Below are positions 1 to 8,900 of a stretch of DNA of 64,000 bases, piece after piece. Numbering within the stretch: position 1 is the first letter of the stretch; every line of letters begins with the position of its first letter. Source of the DNA: Verrucomicrobiia bacterium. Lineage in GTDB: Bacteria > Verrucomicrobiota > Verrucomicrobiia > Limisphaerales > UBA1319. The stretch covers positions 5,216,001 through 5,280,000 of the forward strand of contig OY760937.1 of NCBI GenBank assembly GCA_963664225.1, read 5' to 3'. The position numbers and the translations under genes are program-made. The notes beneath the pieces are model-generated. The model did no database searches and was not told the origin of the DNA. It worked only from the letters and a program-made list of their open reading frames with translations.

Positions 1-277
1 AGTGGTTGCAGTTGAATACGAATCAGACGGTTCATGCTGTAGTGATGAAATTGGGGATCGGTTGTCTTTTTTGCAAGCTGGAAGGTGCTGAGGTGCATGA
101 AATGAAGGAACATGAGTCACGCTGAGGGACCAGATAGTTCGGATAACGGAGTTGAGGTGTGGAAATCGCGCGTGAAGCGCGGAAAAAACGGGCCAGGAAG
201 CGTTTAACAAGGGGTAAACAACTGAAAAATAGACCAAAAAGGCGTTTTATTGTTACAAAATGCCCAAATCAAGCGGA

Positions 278-293
278 TGGCATGGTTGTTGCT
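278..293 (+). promoter_or_regulatory. sigma54 (-24/-12) promoter
   Basis: TGGCATG-GTTG-TTGCT matches TGGCAYG-N4-TTGCW, with GG and GC correctly spaced. Confidence 0.8.
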
Positions 294-313
294 AAATTAA
301 ACGCGGGAACTTT

Positions 314-412
314 ATGAAAACATCACGTAATACGAGGTGTTTAAATACTTACCGCTTCCGCTTTCAATGGCAGAAGCAAAAAGCCCCTGCTATCCCAAGT
401 CGGGTTGCATAG
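314..412 (+). CDS. candidate 32-aa small ORF / leader peptide (MKTSRNTRCLNTYRFRFQWQKQKAPAIPSRVA)
   Basis: ATG lies ~20 nt after the sigma54 -12 box; stop codon is inside a hairpin; below the ORF-track length cutoff; no recognisable homolog. Confidence 0.35.
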   Translation: MKTSRNTRCLNTYRFRFQWQKQKAPAIPSRVA

Positions 413-441
413 CCCGGCTTTCTTCACAAGCTGTAGGTTGG

Positions 442-477
442 CTGGCGGTTCGCGAAAGCGGGCCGCCAGATTTTTTT
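442..477 (+). terminator. intrinsic terminator
   Basis: CTGGCGGTTCGC-GAAA-GCGGGCCGCCAG, a 12-bp stem (2 G-U) with a GNRA loop, followed by A-T7. Confidence 0.8.
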
Positions 478-901
478 CTGGCTAAAGTATCGTTTAGAAT
501 TCTCAAAGACTCAAGGAAAAAAGGTGTTTGACGCACTGATAATTCTGAGTATTCAAAATTACTTTCAGACTTCGCGCACCCGCATTGTTCCCATTCCGTC
601 CGGATTACGATTGCTTGCTTGATTGGTTTGGCGTGCCAGTCAAGAGCATGAGTTTTTTTTGGATTGGCAACGATGTGTATTGTTTTTGGAGGGTTTGTTG
701 GGAACATGCCGAAAAATGGACGAAATGTAGCGTTAAACTTCAACATACATGTAGAAATAAAATAATAAAAAAAACAATAAAAAGAAATAATTCACTACTG
801 TTGTAACATATTAAAAACAAGCAGTATGTGAATAATATATGAGAAAATATTGTGATCTAAAAAGATGATGATTTCATTAATAACCTCATTATGAATGTGG
901 C

Positions 902-917
902 AGGCAGTGCTTTTGCT
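902..917 (+). promoter_or_regulatory. sigma54 (-24/-12) promoter for 955..2554
   Basis: AGGCAGT-GCTT-TTGCT with GG-N10-GC spacing; preceded by an AT-rich tract (~750-890); ~38 nt before the ATG. Confidence 0.6.
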
Positions 918-954
918 TGAGGCCAGGCATGTCTAAGTCGTTTGACGAAATTGT

Positions 955-1794
955 ATGAAATCGTTTGGCTTGAAGTTAACAGAACTACTGCTGGCGGTTG
1001 GATTATTGGTCGGAGCGGCGAGCGTTTGTTCCGGCGGGCAAAATGTCACCCTGGCATGGGATCCGAACACGGAAACCGGCCTGGCGTGCTACAAGATTCA
1101 TTTTGGGGTGAAAAGCCAGGTTTATACCAACTGCATCACGGTGGGCACAAACGCGACCGCTGTGGTGTCCAATCTAGTGGAGGGAGTCACTTATTACTTT
1201 GTGGCGACGGCGTTCAGCACGACAGAACTCGAAAGCCTGCCTTCCAATGAGGTGAGCTACAGTGTGCCTGTGCTAAACCATGCTCCTGTGGCCAACGATG
1301 ATCATATTTTCGCGGATATGGGTAGTGTTTCGAGGTTTTCGCTGCTGACGTTCTTGCGCAACGACTCGGAACCGGACCACGATGCAATTACGATTAGTGC
1401 AGTCAACGCGAAGAGCGCGATGAATGCCACTGTGGCGCTGTCGGGCAATTATGTATTTTATTCGCCTCCAACGAGTTTTCAAGGGGAGGACAGTTTTGTA
1501 TATACGGTGGCAGATGGCAAGGGAGGATCGGCGCAGGCGACGGTCAAGGTAACGGTTGCTGCCCCCGTGAAACCCGTGCGTAATCCGAGTGGCATCAAGT
1601 CGCTGGCCGATGGATGCAAACGCGTCACGTTCCAGGGATTTCCAGGGTCAAGTTTCGTGGTTGAGGCATCGACGAATCTGGTGAATTGGGCTACAATAGC
1701 CACAGTGCTGGCCGACAGTGTGGGAGGGATTGAGTATTTGGATGCTCAAGCTGGGAAGTACAGCAGCCGATATTATCGGTTAACGGTTCCGTGA
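955..1794 (+). CDS. exported protein: fibronectin type III domain + cadherin/Ig-like domain + C-terminal 'STNLxxW...RYYR' motif
   Basis: Signal peptide; VTLAWDPN...YKIHFG...NLVEGVTYYFVATA...ESLPSNEV (FN3); NHAPVANDD...DSFVYTVADGKGG (Ig/cadherin-like). Confidence 0.85.
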   Translation: MKSFGLKLTELLLAVGLLVGAASVCSGGQNVTLAWDPNTETGLACYKIHFGVKSQVYTNCITVGTNATAVVSNLVEGVTYYFVATAFSTTELESLPSNEVSYSVPVLNHAPVANDDHIFADMGSVSRFSLLTFLRNDSEPDHDAITISAVNAKSAMNATVALSGNYVFYSPPTSFQGEDSFVYTVADGKGGSAQATVKVTVAAPVKPVRNPSGIKSLADGCKRVTFQGFPGSSFVVEASTNLVNWATIATVLADSVGGIEYLDAQAGKYSSRYYRLTVP

Positions 1795-1795
1795 A

Positions 1796-2554
1796 ATGAC
1801 CAATATGAAAAAATATTTGAAGCAATCCCTGTATTTGACCGCCTTGCTCGGGACTTGCGTGGCGGCCAATGCACAGGTGACCATAGAGACCTACACTTTC
1901 GCAGGAATCAACACGCCGATCGATGCGACTTTTGGGACGATAGACTCACACTCGATAGCTTCGTCGATCACCAGCATTACGAGTGTGGAGGTGTTTCTGA
2001 ACATTACGAGCACTGATTTTAACAGCGATTTGAAGGTTGTTTTGTCCCATGGGGCGGATTCGGCGGTGTTGCTCAACCGGGTAGGACGCGACACCAGTTC
2101 GGCGGATCTTAGTTTGAGGAGTTTTGGTTATAACGATAAAGGGTTCAACATCACGTTGTCTGACAGCGCCACGTATAATGATGGCACTGGGGACAAGGCC
2201 AAGGACGTGCATGTTTACCGTGCAATTCTTTATGGAAATAACAGCACCCCGATACCGGCTCCAGGAATTTTGACGGGCACTTTTGCACCTGATGGACGCA
2301 CAACGGATGGGTCATTGGCCACGACTGCGGATCCCCGGACGGCTCTGTTGAGTTCGTTTATAGGGAGCGATGCCAATGGAGCCTGGAATTTGCAGCTCAA
2401 GGATTTCTTTGCGCCATCTGAAACATCGACTTTGGTGAGTTGGGGGATGAACATCTCTGGCGTGCCTGAGCCGCAGACCTACGCGCTCGTGTTTGGGATC
2501 GGATTGATCGGGGTCGCTATGATTCGCAAGAGGTTTATAGGCAATCGTATCTGA
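1796..2554 (+). CDS. PEP-CTERM protein with proprotein-convertase P-like domain (start may be 1805)
   Basis: Signal peptide; ITSVEVFLNIT...SDLKVVLSH...DANGAWNLQLKD...TLVSWGMNI; ends VPEP + transmembrane helix + RKR. Confidence 0.88.
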   Translation: MTNMKKYLKQSLYLTALLGTCVAANAQVTIETYTFAGINTPIDATFGTIDSHSIASSITSITSVEVFLNITSTDFNSDLKVVLSHGADSAVLLNRVGRDTSSADLSLRSFGYNDKGFNITLSDSATYNDGTGDKAKDVHVYRAILYGNNSTPIPAPGILTGTFAPDGRTTDGSLATTADPRTALLSSFIGSDANGAWNLQLKDFFAPSETSTLVSWGMNISGVPEPQTYALVFGIGLIGVAMIRKRFIGNRI

Positions 2555-2577
2555 ATTATTTTATCCAAATCGAAGTC

Positions 2578-2605
2578 AACGCAGCTCTCCAAAGCTGCGT
2601 TTTTT
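2578..2605 (+). terminator. intrinsic terminator
   Basis: AACGCAGCT-CTCCAA-AGCTGCGTT followed by a T-run, 24 nt after the stop codon. Confidence 0.75.
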
Positions 2606-2663
2606 ATGAGGTAAGTGTCCAGCAATAGGACATGTATTTCGATATAACAGGACACTGTGACAG

Positions 2664-2954
2664 GTGTTGAAGGGGATAATGATGTTAAAACGAGGAGAAT
2701 TTAAGGGAAACAGGGCTTTTCTTCAGATGGCATACGTGATGCTTTCTTTATTTTCGATGACAACAGTGCTCTTAATCGTAGGTGGTCTGTGGCTGGTGAT
2801 CGCCTCAGTGTTAGGGATTGGGCTATGCCTGGCGGCCAAGAGGTCGATGCCGGCACCGACACAGGACGCGAAGCGGCCGCAATTTGCCCCCCAGGCTGCG
2901 GAATGCACGCATGAGCCTGCCTATGCGGTCAGCGCTGCCCGGCATCACGCGTAA
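2664..2954 (+). CDS. small hypothetical membrane protein (start uncertain, 2664-2727)
   Basis: Long hydrophobic stretch (1-2 TM helices); flanked by terminators. Confidence 0.5.
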   Translation: MLKGIMMLKRGEFKGNRAFLQMAYVMLSLFSMTTVLLIVGGLWLVIASVLGIGLCLAAKRSMPAPTQDAKRPQFAPQAAECTHEPAYAVSAARHHA

Positions 2955-3007
2955 GTCGTTTCACTAAAAGAATTTACCATTTGTTTGGTGGATTCTGTAA
3001 AATTTAG

Positions 3008-3041
3008 AAGGCTGGAATGAGGTTCATTCCGGCCTTTTTTG
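3008..3041 (+). terminator. intrinsic terminator
   Basis: AAGGCTGGAATGA-GGT-TCATTCCGGCCTT followed by a T-run. Confidence 0.75.
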
Positions 3042-3185
3042 TGTACGTGTTTTTTTTGCGACGGGGCGCCAAAATCAGCGTTCAACCGGTTGACCGTGGG
3101 TGGGGTGCAGGACAAAAATCTTCTTTTGATCGAATTATTGGTTTTTTTGTTGCCAAAGTATATAGTATGCTATACAGTATGCCGT

Positions 3186-3524
3186 ATGAACTCAATTGTT
3201 ACGCCTGAATCGTTGTTGCAGCAGATCGCCCGGATTGAGCCGCTGGAGCGCGGCAAACTCTGCGTCATGCGCCAGGGGCCCCAAGGTCCCTATTACAACC
3301 ACCAGACCTGGGAAAACGGGCATAATGTCTCGCGCTATGTTCCCCAAAACCAGGTGCCGCTCCTGGAGAAGGCGATTGCCGGTTACGAGCGATTCGAGAG
3401 TCTGGTCGAGCAATATGTCCAGATGATGGAGCAAAAGTCCCGGGATCAACGGGCCGCCGGGGTAAAAAAAAAGAGCCCACCCCGGACCTCCTCCTGGCCC
3501 AGGAGCAGGAAATCACGCAGTTGA
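3186..3524 (+). CDS. IS orfA (DUF6788-like accessory / N-terminal part of a frameshifted transposase)
   Basis: Inside the TIRs; GPYYNHQTWENGHNVSRYV; A9G slippery run at 3464-3473; overlaps orfB. Confidence 0.7.
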   Translation: MNSIVTPESLLQQIARIEPLERGKLCVMRQGPQGPYYNHQTWENGHNVSRYVPQNQVPLLEKAIAGYERFESLVEQYVQMMEQKSRDQRAAGVKKKSPPRTSSWPRSRKSRS

Positions 3525-4834
3525 TGGCCAGTTTTGGAGCGCAGACTCCCAATGGGCGGGTCGTCCAGCAACTCGAAATCCTGGTCCGCACGGCCATCTT
3601 CAAGCCCGCCAACGCATTGGTGGGCCTTTTGCTCCAGCAGGCCGCCAACCGGATCGATGCCGCCTACCAGCCCAAACCGGGCCAGGTTCGCAAGGGCCGT
3701 GTGACGGTGGAGGTGCAGGGGATTTTTGGCGTCTTCTCGCTAACCCGGGACTACTACCATCACCAAGGCCGCAAACAGGGGCATTATCCGACGGATGCCG
3801 CCCTGGGTCTGGAAACCGGCTACACACCCGCCCTGGCCCGGCTCGTCTGTCTGGAAGGGGCCGATGAAACCGGTTATCAGAAAGCGGAAAACCATTTGCG
3901 GGAAACCGCGGGCATCGAGATTTCGGCCCGCCAGATACAACGGGTCGCCCAGCGGGTGGGTGTCGACGCCCAGAAGTGGCAGGAACGGGATGTGGAGCCG
4001 GGGGCCTGCTCCACCGAGCCGGTTCCCATCCTGTATGTCAGCGCGGATGGCACCGGACTGCCCATGCGCCAGGAGGAGTTGGAGGGGCGCAAGGGAAAAG
4101 GGCCGGATGGAAAAGCCCTGACCCAGCAGTCCTACATGGGCTGTGTGTTCACCCAGCACCAGACCGATGAGGAGGGTCACCCGGTGCGCGATTACCAATC
4201 GACCACCTACGTGTCGAGCATGGCCGGGATCAAGGAGTTTGGCCCCTGCCTGCGGCGGGAGGCCCTACGCCGGGGCATGGGGGTGGCCCGGAAAGTCGTC
4301 CTTCTCGTCGATGGGGCCGCAGGCTTGGAACACATGGGCTGGGATTGCTTCAAGGGCTGCGTGCAGATCGTCGACTTCTACCACGCCATGGAGCACGGGG
4401 GCAAAGTGCTCGCCGCCTTGCTGGGCAACAAGGATCACCCCGAATACAAAAGGCGCCTTCGCGACTGGGCCAAACGCCTGCTCAAAAACGGAGTCGAAAA
4501 ACTCGTCGCCCAGGCCCGCCAGCAATGCGTCGGTAAATCCCAGGCTGTGGAGGTGGAACAGGAACTGACTTATTTCGTGAACAATATCCAACGCATGCAG
4601 TACGGAGCCTTCCGGGCCCAAGGGTTCTTCATTGGTTCAGGCGTCATCGAAGCGGGTTGCAAAACCGTCATCGGTGCCCGCTGCAAACAATCGGGCATGT
4701 TCTGGTCTCAAGACGGCGCTCAAAACATCCTCGCCTTGCGCTGCATTCACGCCAGCCACCGCCTCGACCAGTTCTGGAAATACCGCCTCAACAATCAAGC
4801 CGCCTGCAATGACGCCCTACCTCTGGCCGCCTGA
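3521..4834 (+). CDS. DDE transposase (ISKra4/ISLre2-like)
   Basis: YVSADGTG, LVDGA, IVDFYHAMEH, IGSGVIEAGCKTVIGARCKQSGMFWS motifs. Confidence 0.9.
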   Translation: MMASFGAQTPNGRVVQQLEILVRTAIFKPANALVGLLLQQAANRIDAAYQPKPGQVRKGRVTVEVQGIFGVFSLTRDYYHHQGRKQGHYPTDAALGLETGYTPALARLVCLEGADETGYQKAENHLRETAGIEISARQIQRVAQRVGVDAQKWQERDVEPGACSTEPVPILYVSADGTGLPMRQEELEGRKGKGPDGKALTQQSYMGCVFTQHQTDEEGHPVRDYQSTTYVSSMAGIKEFGPCLRREALRRGMGVARKVVLLVDGAAGLEHMGWDCFKGCVQIVDFYHAMEHGGKVLAALLGNKDHPEYKRRLRDWAKRLLKNGVEKLVAQARQQCVGKSQAVEVEQELTYFVNNIQRMQYGAFRAQGFFIGSGVIEAGCKTVIGARCKQSGMFWSQDGAQNILALRCIHASHRLDQFWKYRLNNQAACNDALPLAA

Positions 4835-4900
4835 CCGAAGAATTTTGTCCTGCACCCAAGGCACAGGCAAGGGCGCTCCTGAGGTTGCGAATATCTTTGA

Positions 4901-5041
4901 TCATGGGGCATGCTCGTTTGTTGATTTCGTTTGTTCGTCACCGACCACGAGCTTTGATTCTTCGGCGAGAAGCCGCTCGGATTGGGTGGCCGCGCTGAGC
5001 AGTGTCGCTCCTGTGGTTGAGATGAATTCGCGTCGGTTCAT
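4901..5041 (-). pseudogene. 46-aa ORF consisting mostly of a twin-arginine-type signal (MNRREFISTTGATLLSAA...), probable gene remnant
   Basis: RREF Tat motif at the N-terminus; ATGA overlap with a following ORF (MIKDIRNLRSALACAL) that runs into the IS right end. Confidence 0.4.
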
Positions 5042-5155
5042 ATTGCACCCGCTCTAACGGGTGAGCCTTTCCTGTGGCGTCTGACCTTCAGCAATCACCT
5101 GAAGCGACACCGGGGAGCGTCAAGAGCAAGAGAATACAGACAAGCCATTGTTTAC

Positions 5156-5254
5156 GCATAACGTAGAAACCTGAGCCGTCGCCCACTTGCGACGTGAACC
5201 GCGACAGCGAAACAGACCGCGCCAACGGCGGCTGGCTCCGGCGACTTGTCTGGC
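5156..5254 (-). repeat. attC-like integron cassette recombination site (copy 1)
   Basis: Minus strand runs GCCAGAC...GTTATGC (R''/R' cores) as an imperfect palindrome; highly similar to 5612-5713; GTTATG overlaps the ATG of the next short ORF. Confidence 0.8.
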
Positions 5255-5272
5255 AGCATTTTGTGCATCTCA

Positions 5273-5599
5273 CTATAATCTCCGATACCGAAGCACTCTA
5301 GCCAGACAAGCTGCTGACGCAACGACAAACAGCATCCATAACTGAAGCAAATCTGAACCGAGCAAGCAATATGTCTCATCGGGGTCATCAGATGTGGGCA
5401 GAGAAAACGCGCTCCACGGCTGTAACAAAAACCCCGCCAGCAAAACAAGGATGCAAGCGATCACGATTGCAACCAATGAACGCTTCCACCACAACAATGC
5501 GAGCAACCCAGCTGCGACCAAAACAATGCCGCCGATAATCAACAGCCCGTAAAAGATGGCTGCCTCTGCCAAACCCGCAATTGCTAAAAATCCGTCCAT
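5273..5599 (-). CDS. integron cassette-borne small membrane protein (3 predicted TM)
   Basis: Promoterless ORF fills the space between the two attC-like sites; strongly hydrophobic. Confidence 0.7.
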   Translation of the reverse strand: MDGFLAIAGLAEAAIFYGLLIIGGIVLVAAGLLALLWWKRSLVAIVIACILVLLAGFLLQPWSAFSLPTSDDPDETYCLLGSDLLQLWMLFVVASAACLARVLRYRRL

Positions 5600-5611
5600 A
5601 CGCGTGATGCT

Positions 5612-5713
5612 GCCTAACGACGTAAAAAGCTGAGCCGCCGCCGACTCGTGACGTGAACCGCGACTGCGGAACGGATCGCGCCAACGGCGGTTGGCTCCGG
5701 CGACTCGTCAGGC
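5612..5713 (-). repeat. attC-like integron cassette recombination site (copy 2)
   Basis: Minus strand runs GCCTGAC-gagtcgccggagccaaccgccgttggcgc...ggctcagctttttacgtc-GTTAGGC; GTTRRRY core intact. Confidence 0.8.
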
Positions 5714-5964
5714 TGCTGGTCGTAAATCATCTGTGTATCAAGCCAAAGCCCTGCCTTTACTCGCTCGCCACACAGCCCAGGTCAACATAACGAGATACTG
5801 CGCTATCCAGCCGATCAACAAAGCTGGCACCATGCACCTGAACAATGTCTCTATAAAATGCGATTACATTCCCCAAACAAATTGGACAAAGAGCGGCTAT
5901 GGAGTAGGCTGGCTACTGTAGGATATTAGGCAGGTTATATCTGCTGCGCCGACAGGTTCGATTT

Positions 5965-8900
5965 ATGCAAATAAAAGAACAGGGATGTGTCCGGGGCTTT
6001 CCAGTTGCCGCAATCCTCGCATTGGTTCAGATGACTTGCGCATCTGATTTGGCGTCGAATATATCCGGTGCTGAACCGGCCATTGCGAGTGCCGTTCAGG
6101 TCGATCTCTCTCCATCAATGCGGGTCAGCCAATCGCGTGTGTTCGACGTGCCGCTGGTTCCGACCCACCCACCGACGGATGCAGAGAGCCTGGTGCTGAT
6201 TGACTCACTGGAAAAATTCCGGCAGCGAAAGATCCGGGACGATTTTTCCGGGCTCCGGGAGTTTCTGGACAATCATCCAGATTCGGCGTGGTCCCTCGCG
6301 CTGGAGACCCAACTGGGAGGCGAGTATTACCGTGTGGCACGTTATTCCAGGGCGATTCAGGCCTGGCAGCACGCCTGGCAATCGGGAAAAGCCAATTCCG
6401 GGGAGGCCGCGTCATTACTGACCACGCGGGCGGGGAGCGAGCTTGCGATGATGTACGCTTCACTGGGACGCATTCCGGAACTTCGCGCGATCCTGGCAGA
6501 GATCGACAATGGTCCACCTCACGGGTTGATTTCTCGGAGTTTGCGCGGCGCTCGCGACGGGTTGTGGACGATGGAGAATCGTCCGGAGGTGGCCTTCCGC
6601 TGCGGTCCCATGGCCCTTGATCGCATCTGTGCGGCCACGGATCGCTCCAAAGCCGGTAGTCAGTTAATTCAGGATTCGCGGTCCACAACCAGTGGATTTT
6701 CTGCCCGGCAGGTGGCCAGCTTGTCGCACCAATTGGGGATGGACTATCAGGTGGCGTTTCGCAGTCCCGGGGCTGAAATCATTTTGCCCGCGGTCGTCCA
6801 TTGGAAAGTGGGTCATTTCGCGGCACTGACGGCCCGCGATGGGAGTCTGCTTCGTTCCGAGGATCCGACGTTTCCAAACAAAACCTGGTTTTCCAATGAC
6901 GCACTGGACGAGGAAGGGAGTGGTTACTTTTTGGTTCGCCCAGGGCCTTTGCCGTCCGGCTGGCGCGCGGTTCCCGACGCTGAAGCCGATCAAGTCTGGG
7001 GCAAGGGGCCCACCAATCTGAGTTATCGCGATGCCTCGACACAGTGGGATCTCATGGCACATTCGCCTTGCAGGAGCTCCGGAATGGCCACGTGGAACAT
7101 CCACTTGCTGCTTGCGAGCCAGCATGTTGAAGACACGCCCCTGGGCTATGCGCCGCCGCTCGGACCGCCGATTTATTTCACCGTGTCCTACAATTCAGCC
7201 GACGCCCAGGGCCTGGAGGGAGTTACCTATTCCAATATCGCCCCCGACTGGCGCATCAACTGGCTGGAGTATGTGAGCGATGACCCGATGAATCCGGCGG
7301 GCGACGTGCGATTCGCGGCGAATGGCGGGGGAGCGCTTACGTTTACGGACTTCAATTCGACGAACCGGACTTTTCAAAATCTCTTCCGCAACCGGGCCGA
7401 ACTTGTGCGAACTTCGACCAACAGCTACGAGTTGCGATACCCCGACGGTTCGAAAAAAATATTTGACCTGCCCGACGGTTCGGCCGGCACGTTGAGAAGA
7501 ATCTTTATGACGGCCATGGTGGACCCCACGGGAAACGCGGCGACGATACAATTCGAATATCCGGGCAAGATCACGAGCATCACCGACGCCATCGGACAGA
7601 AGACCAGGCTCTACTACGAATTTGGTTTTACCAATTATACCTACATTCCAAACGGAACAACCCTAACAAACGTATCCACCAACACTTACCTTGTCACACG
7701 GGTTGTGGACCCTTTCGGCAGGACCGCGACATTCCAGGCTTTTGCCGGTGGTGCGAACGCCACTTTTGTGCACCTGACCAATATCATTGATGCGATTGGC
7801 CTCAACTCGAGTTTCATCGAGACTGCAAACCAAAATGTCGGGTGGTGGATCAGCGATCTGACCACTCCCTATGGGACGACACGATTTGCAGCCGACTCCT
7901 ACATCCACGGGACCCGGGCCAACTGGATGGAAATAACGAATCCGGACGGGACGAAGGAGCGGGTCGAATTTAACGACGCTGCAGGCAGCGGCGGGGCAAG
8001 CGGGATTCTGACAAGCGATCCACTGGCCGTCGTGCCTAAGGGAGTTCCCGTGCGCAACCTTTTTCTTATGGCGCGCGACAGCTATTACTGGGATCGAAAG
8101 GCCTACGCCGAGAGTTTCAGCCAGAACTATCAGGGCTATACCCACGCCAGGGTTTATCATTTCACCCATGGCTCGGACTATTCCACCGCGTCCCCCATTT
8201 TGGAAAGTTACAAAGCGCCTTTCGAAAACCGCGTTTGGTTCAACTACGACGGACAGTTGAATCCAACCTTCGTCGGCACCTCCGACCAGCCCACGAAAAT
8301 CTCGCGCGTGCTCGACGATGGGACGACGCAGATTTATCAAACTGAATACAACTCCTTGAACAATCCCACCCGGACCATCGATCCGATGGGGCGAACCCTG
8401 AGCTTCCTATACGATTCGAACCAGATTGATTTGAAAGAAGTCCGGCAGACCCGCGCCTCACAAAATGAACTGCTTTTCGCGGCGACCTACAATTCGCAGC
8501 ATCTACCGCTCAGCGCCACCGACGCCGCCCGACAGACGACCGTTTTCACCTATAACTCGCGTGGCCAAATGCTGACCGTGACCAATCCCCGGGGGGAACA
8601 AGATGTCTTAAAGTACGATGCCACGGGCTATCTGATCGCCATCGACGGGCCGCTGCCCGGCACCAACGACACCACGCGGTTCACTTACGACGCAGTTGGG
8701 CGTTTGCAGACTGCGACTGATCTCGACGGTTACACGCTCAGATTCAACTATGACGATCTGGATCGTCTCACGCAGATCACTTATCCCGATGGGACCCATG
8801 AATCAACAGTCTATAAACTTCTCGACCCGGAACTTCTCACTGACCGCGCGGGCAGGGAAACCCGACTGACGTTTGACAGCCTTCGTCAACTGACCGCGGT

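Larger units (their letters stand above)
3103..4857 (+). mobile_element. insertion sequence, Mutator-like DDE group (ISKra4/ISLre2-like), 1755 bp
   Basis: 21-bp terminal inverted repeats GGGTGCAGGACAAAA(A/T)TCTTC at 3103-3123 and 4837-4857 (20/21 match); two internal ORFs; no target duplication seen. Confidence 0.9.

Noticed and set aside
1..35. Possible minus-strand gene start (MNRLIRIQLQP...) running off the window edge
   Set aside because: Only 11 codons visible; cannot be supported
337..806. ORF-track ORFs 337..531, 390..746 and 585..806
   Set aside because: They cross a terminator or AT-rich promoter DNA and show no protein motifs
5048..5070. Possible third attC end (minus strand GGCTCACCC-GTTAGAG) before the Tat-signal ORF
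   Set aside because: Does not fit GTTRRRY and the rest of the palindrome is absent
5156..5713. The two ~100-bp repeats as a CRISPR array or riboswitch
   Set aside because: Too long, only two copies, separated by a gene, and bounded by attC-type cores; no cas genes
5882..5910. sigma70-like TTGGAC-N17-TAGGCT upstream of the RHS gene
   Set aside because: Weak match that could arise by chance
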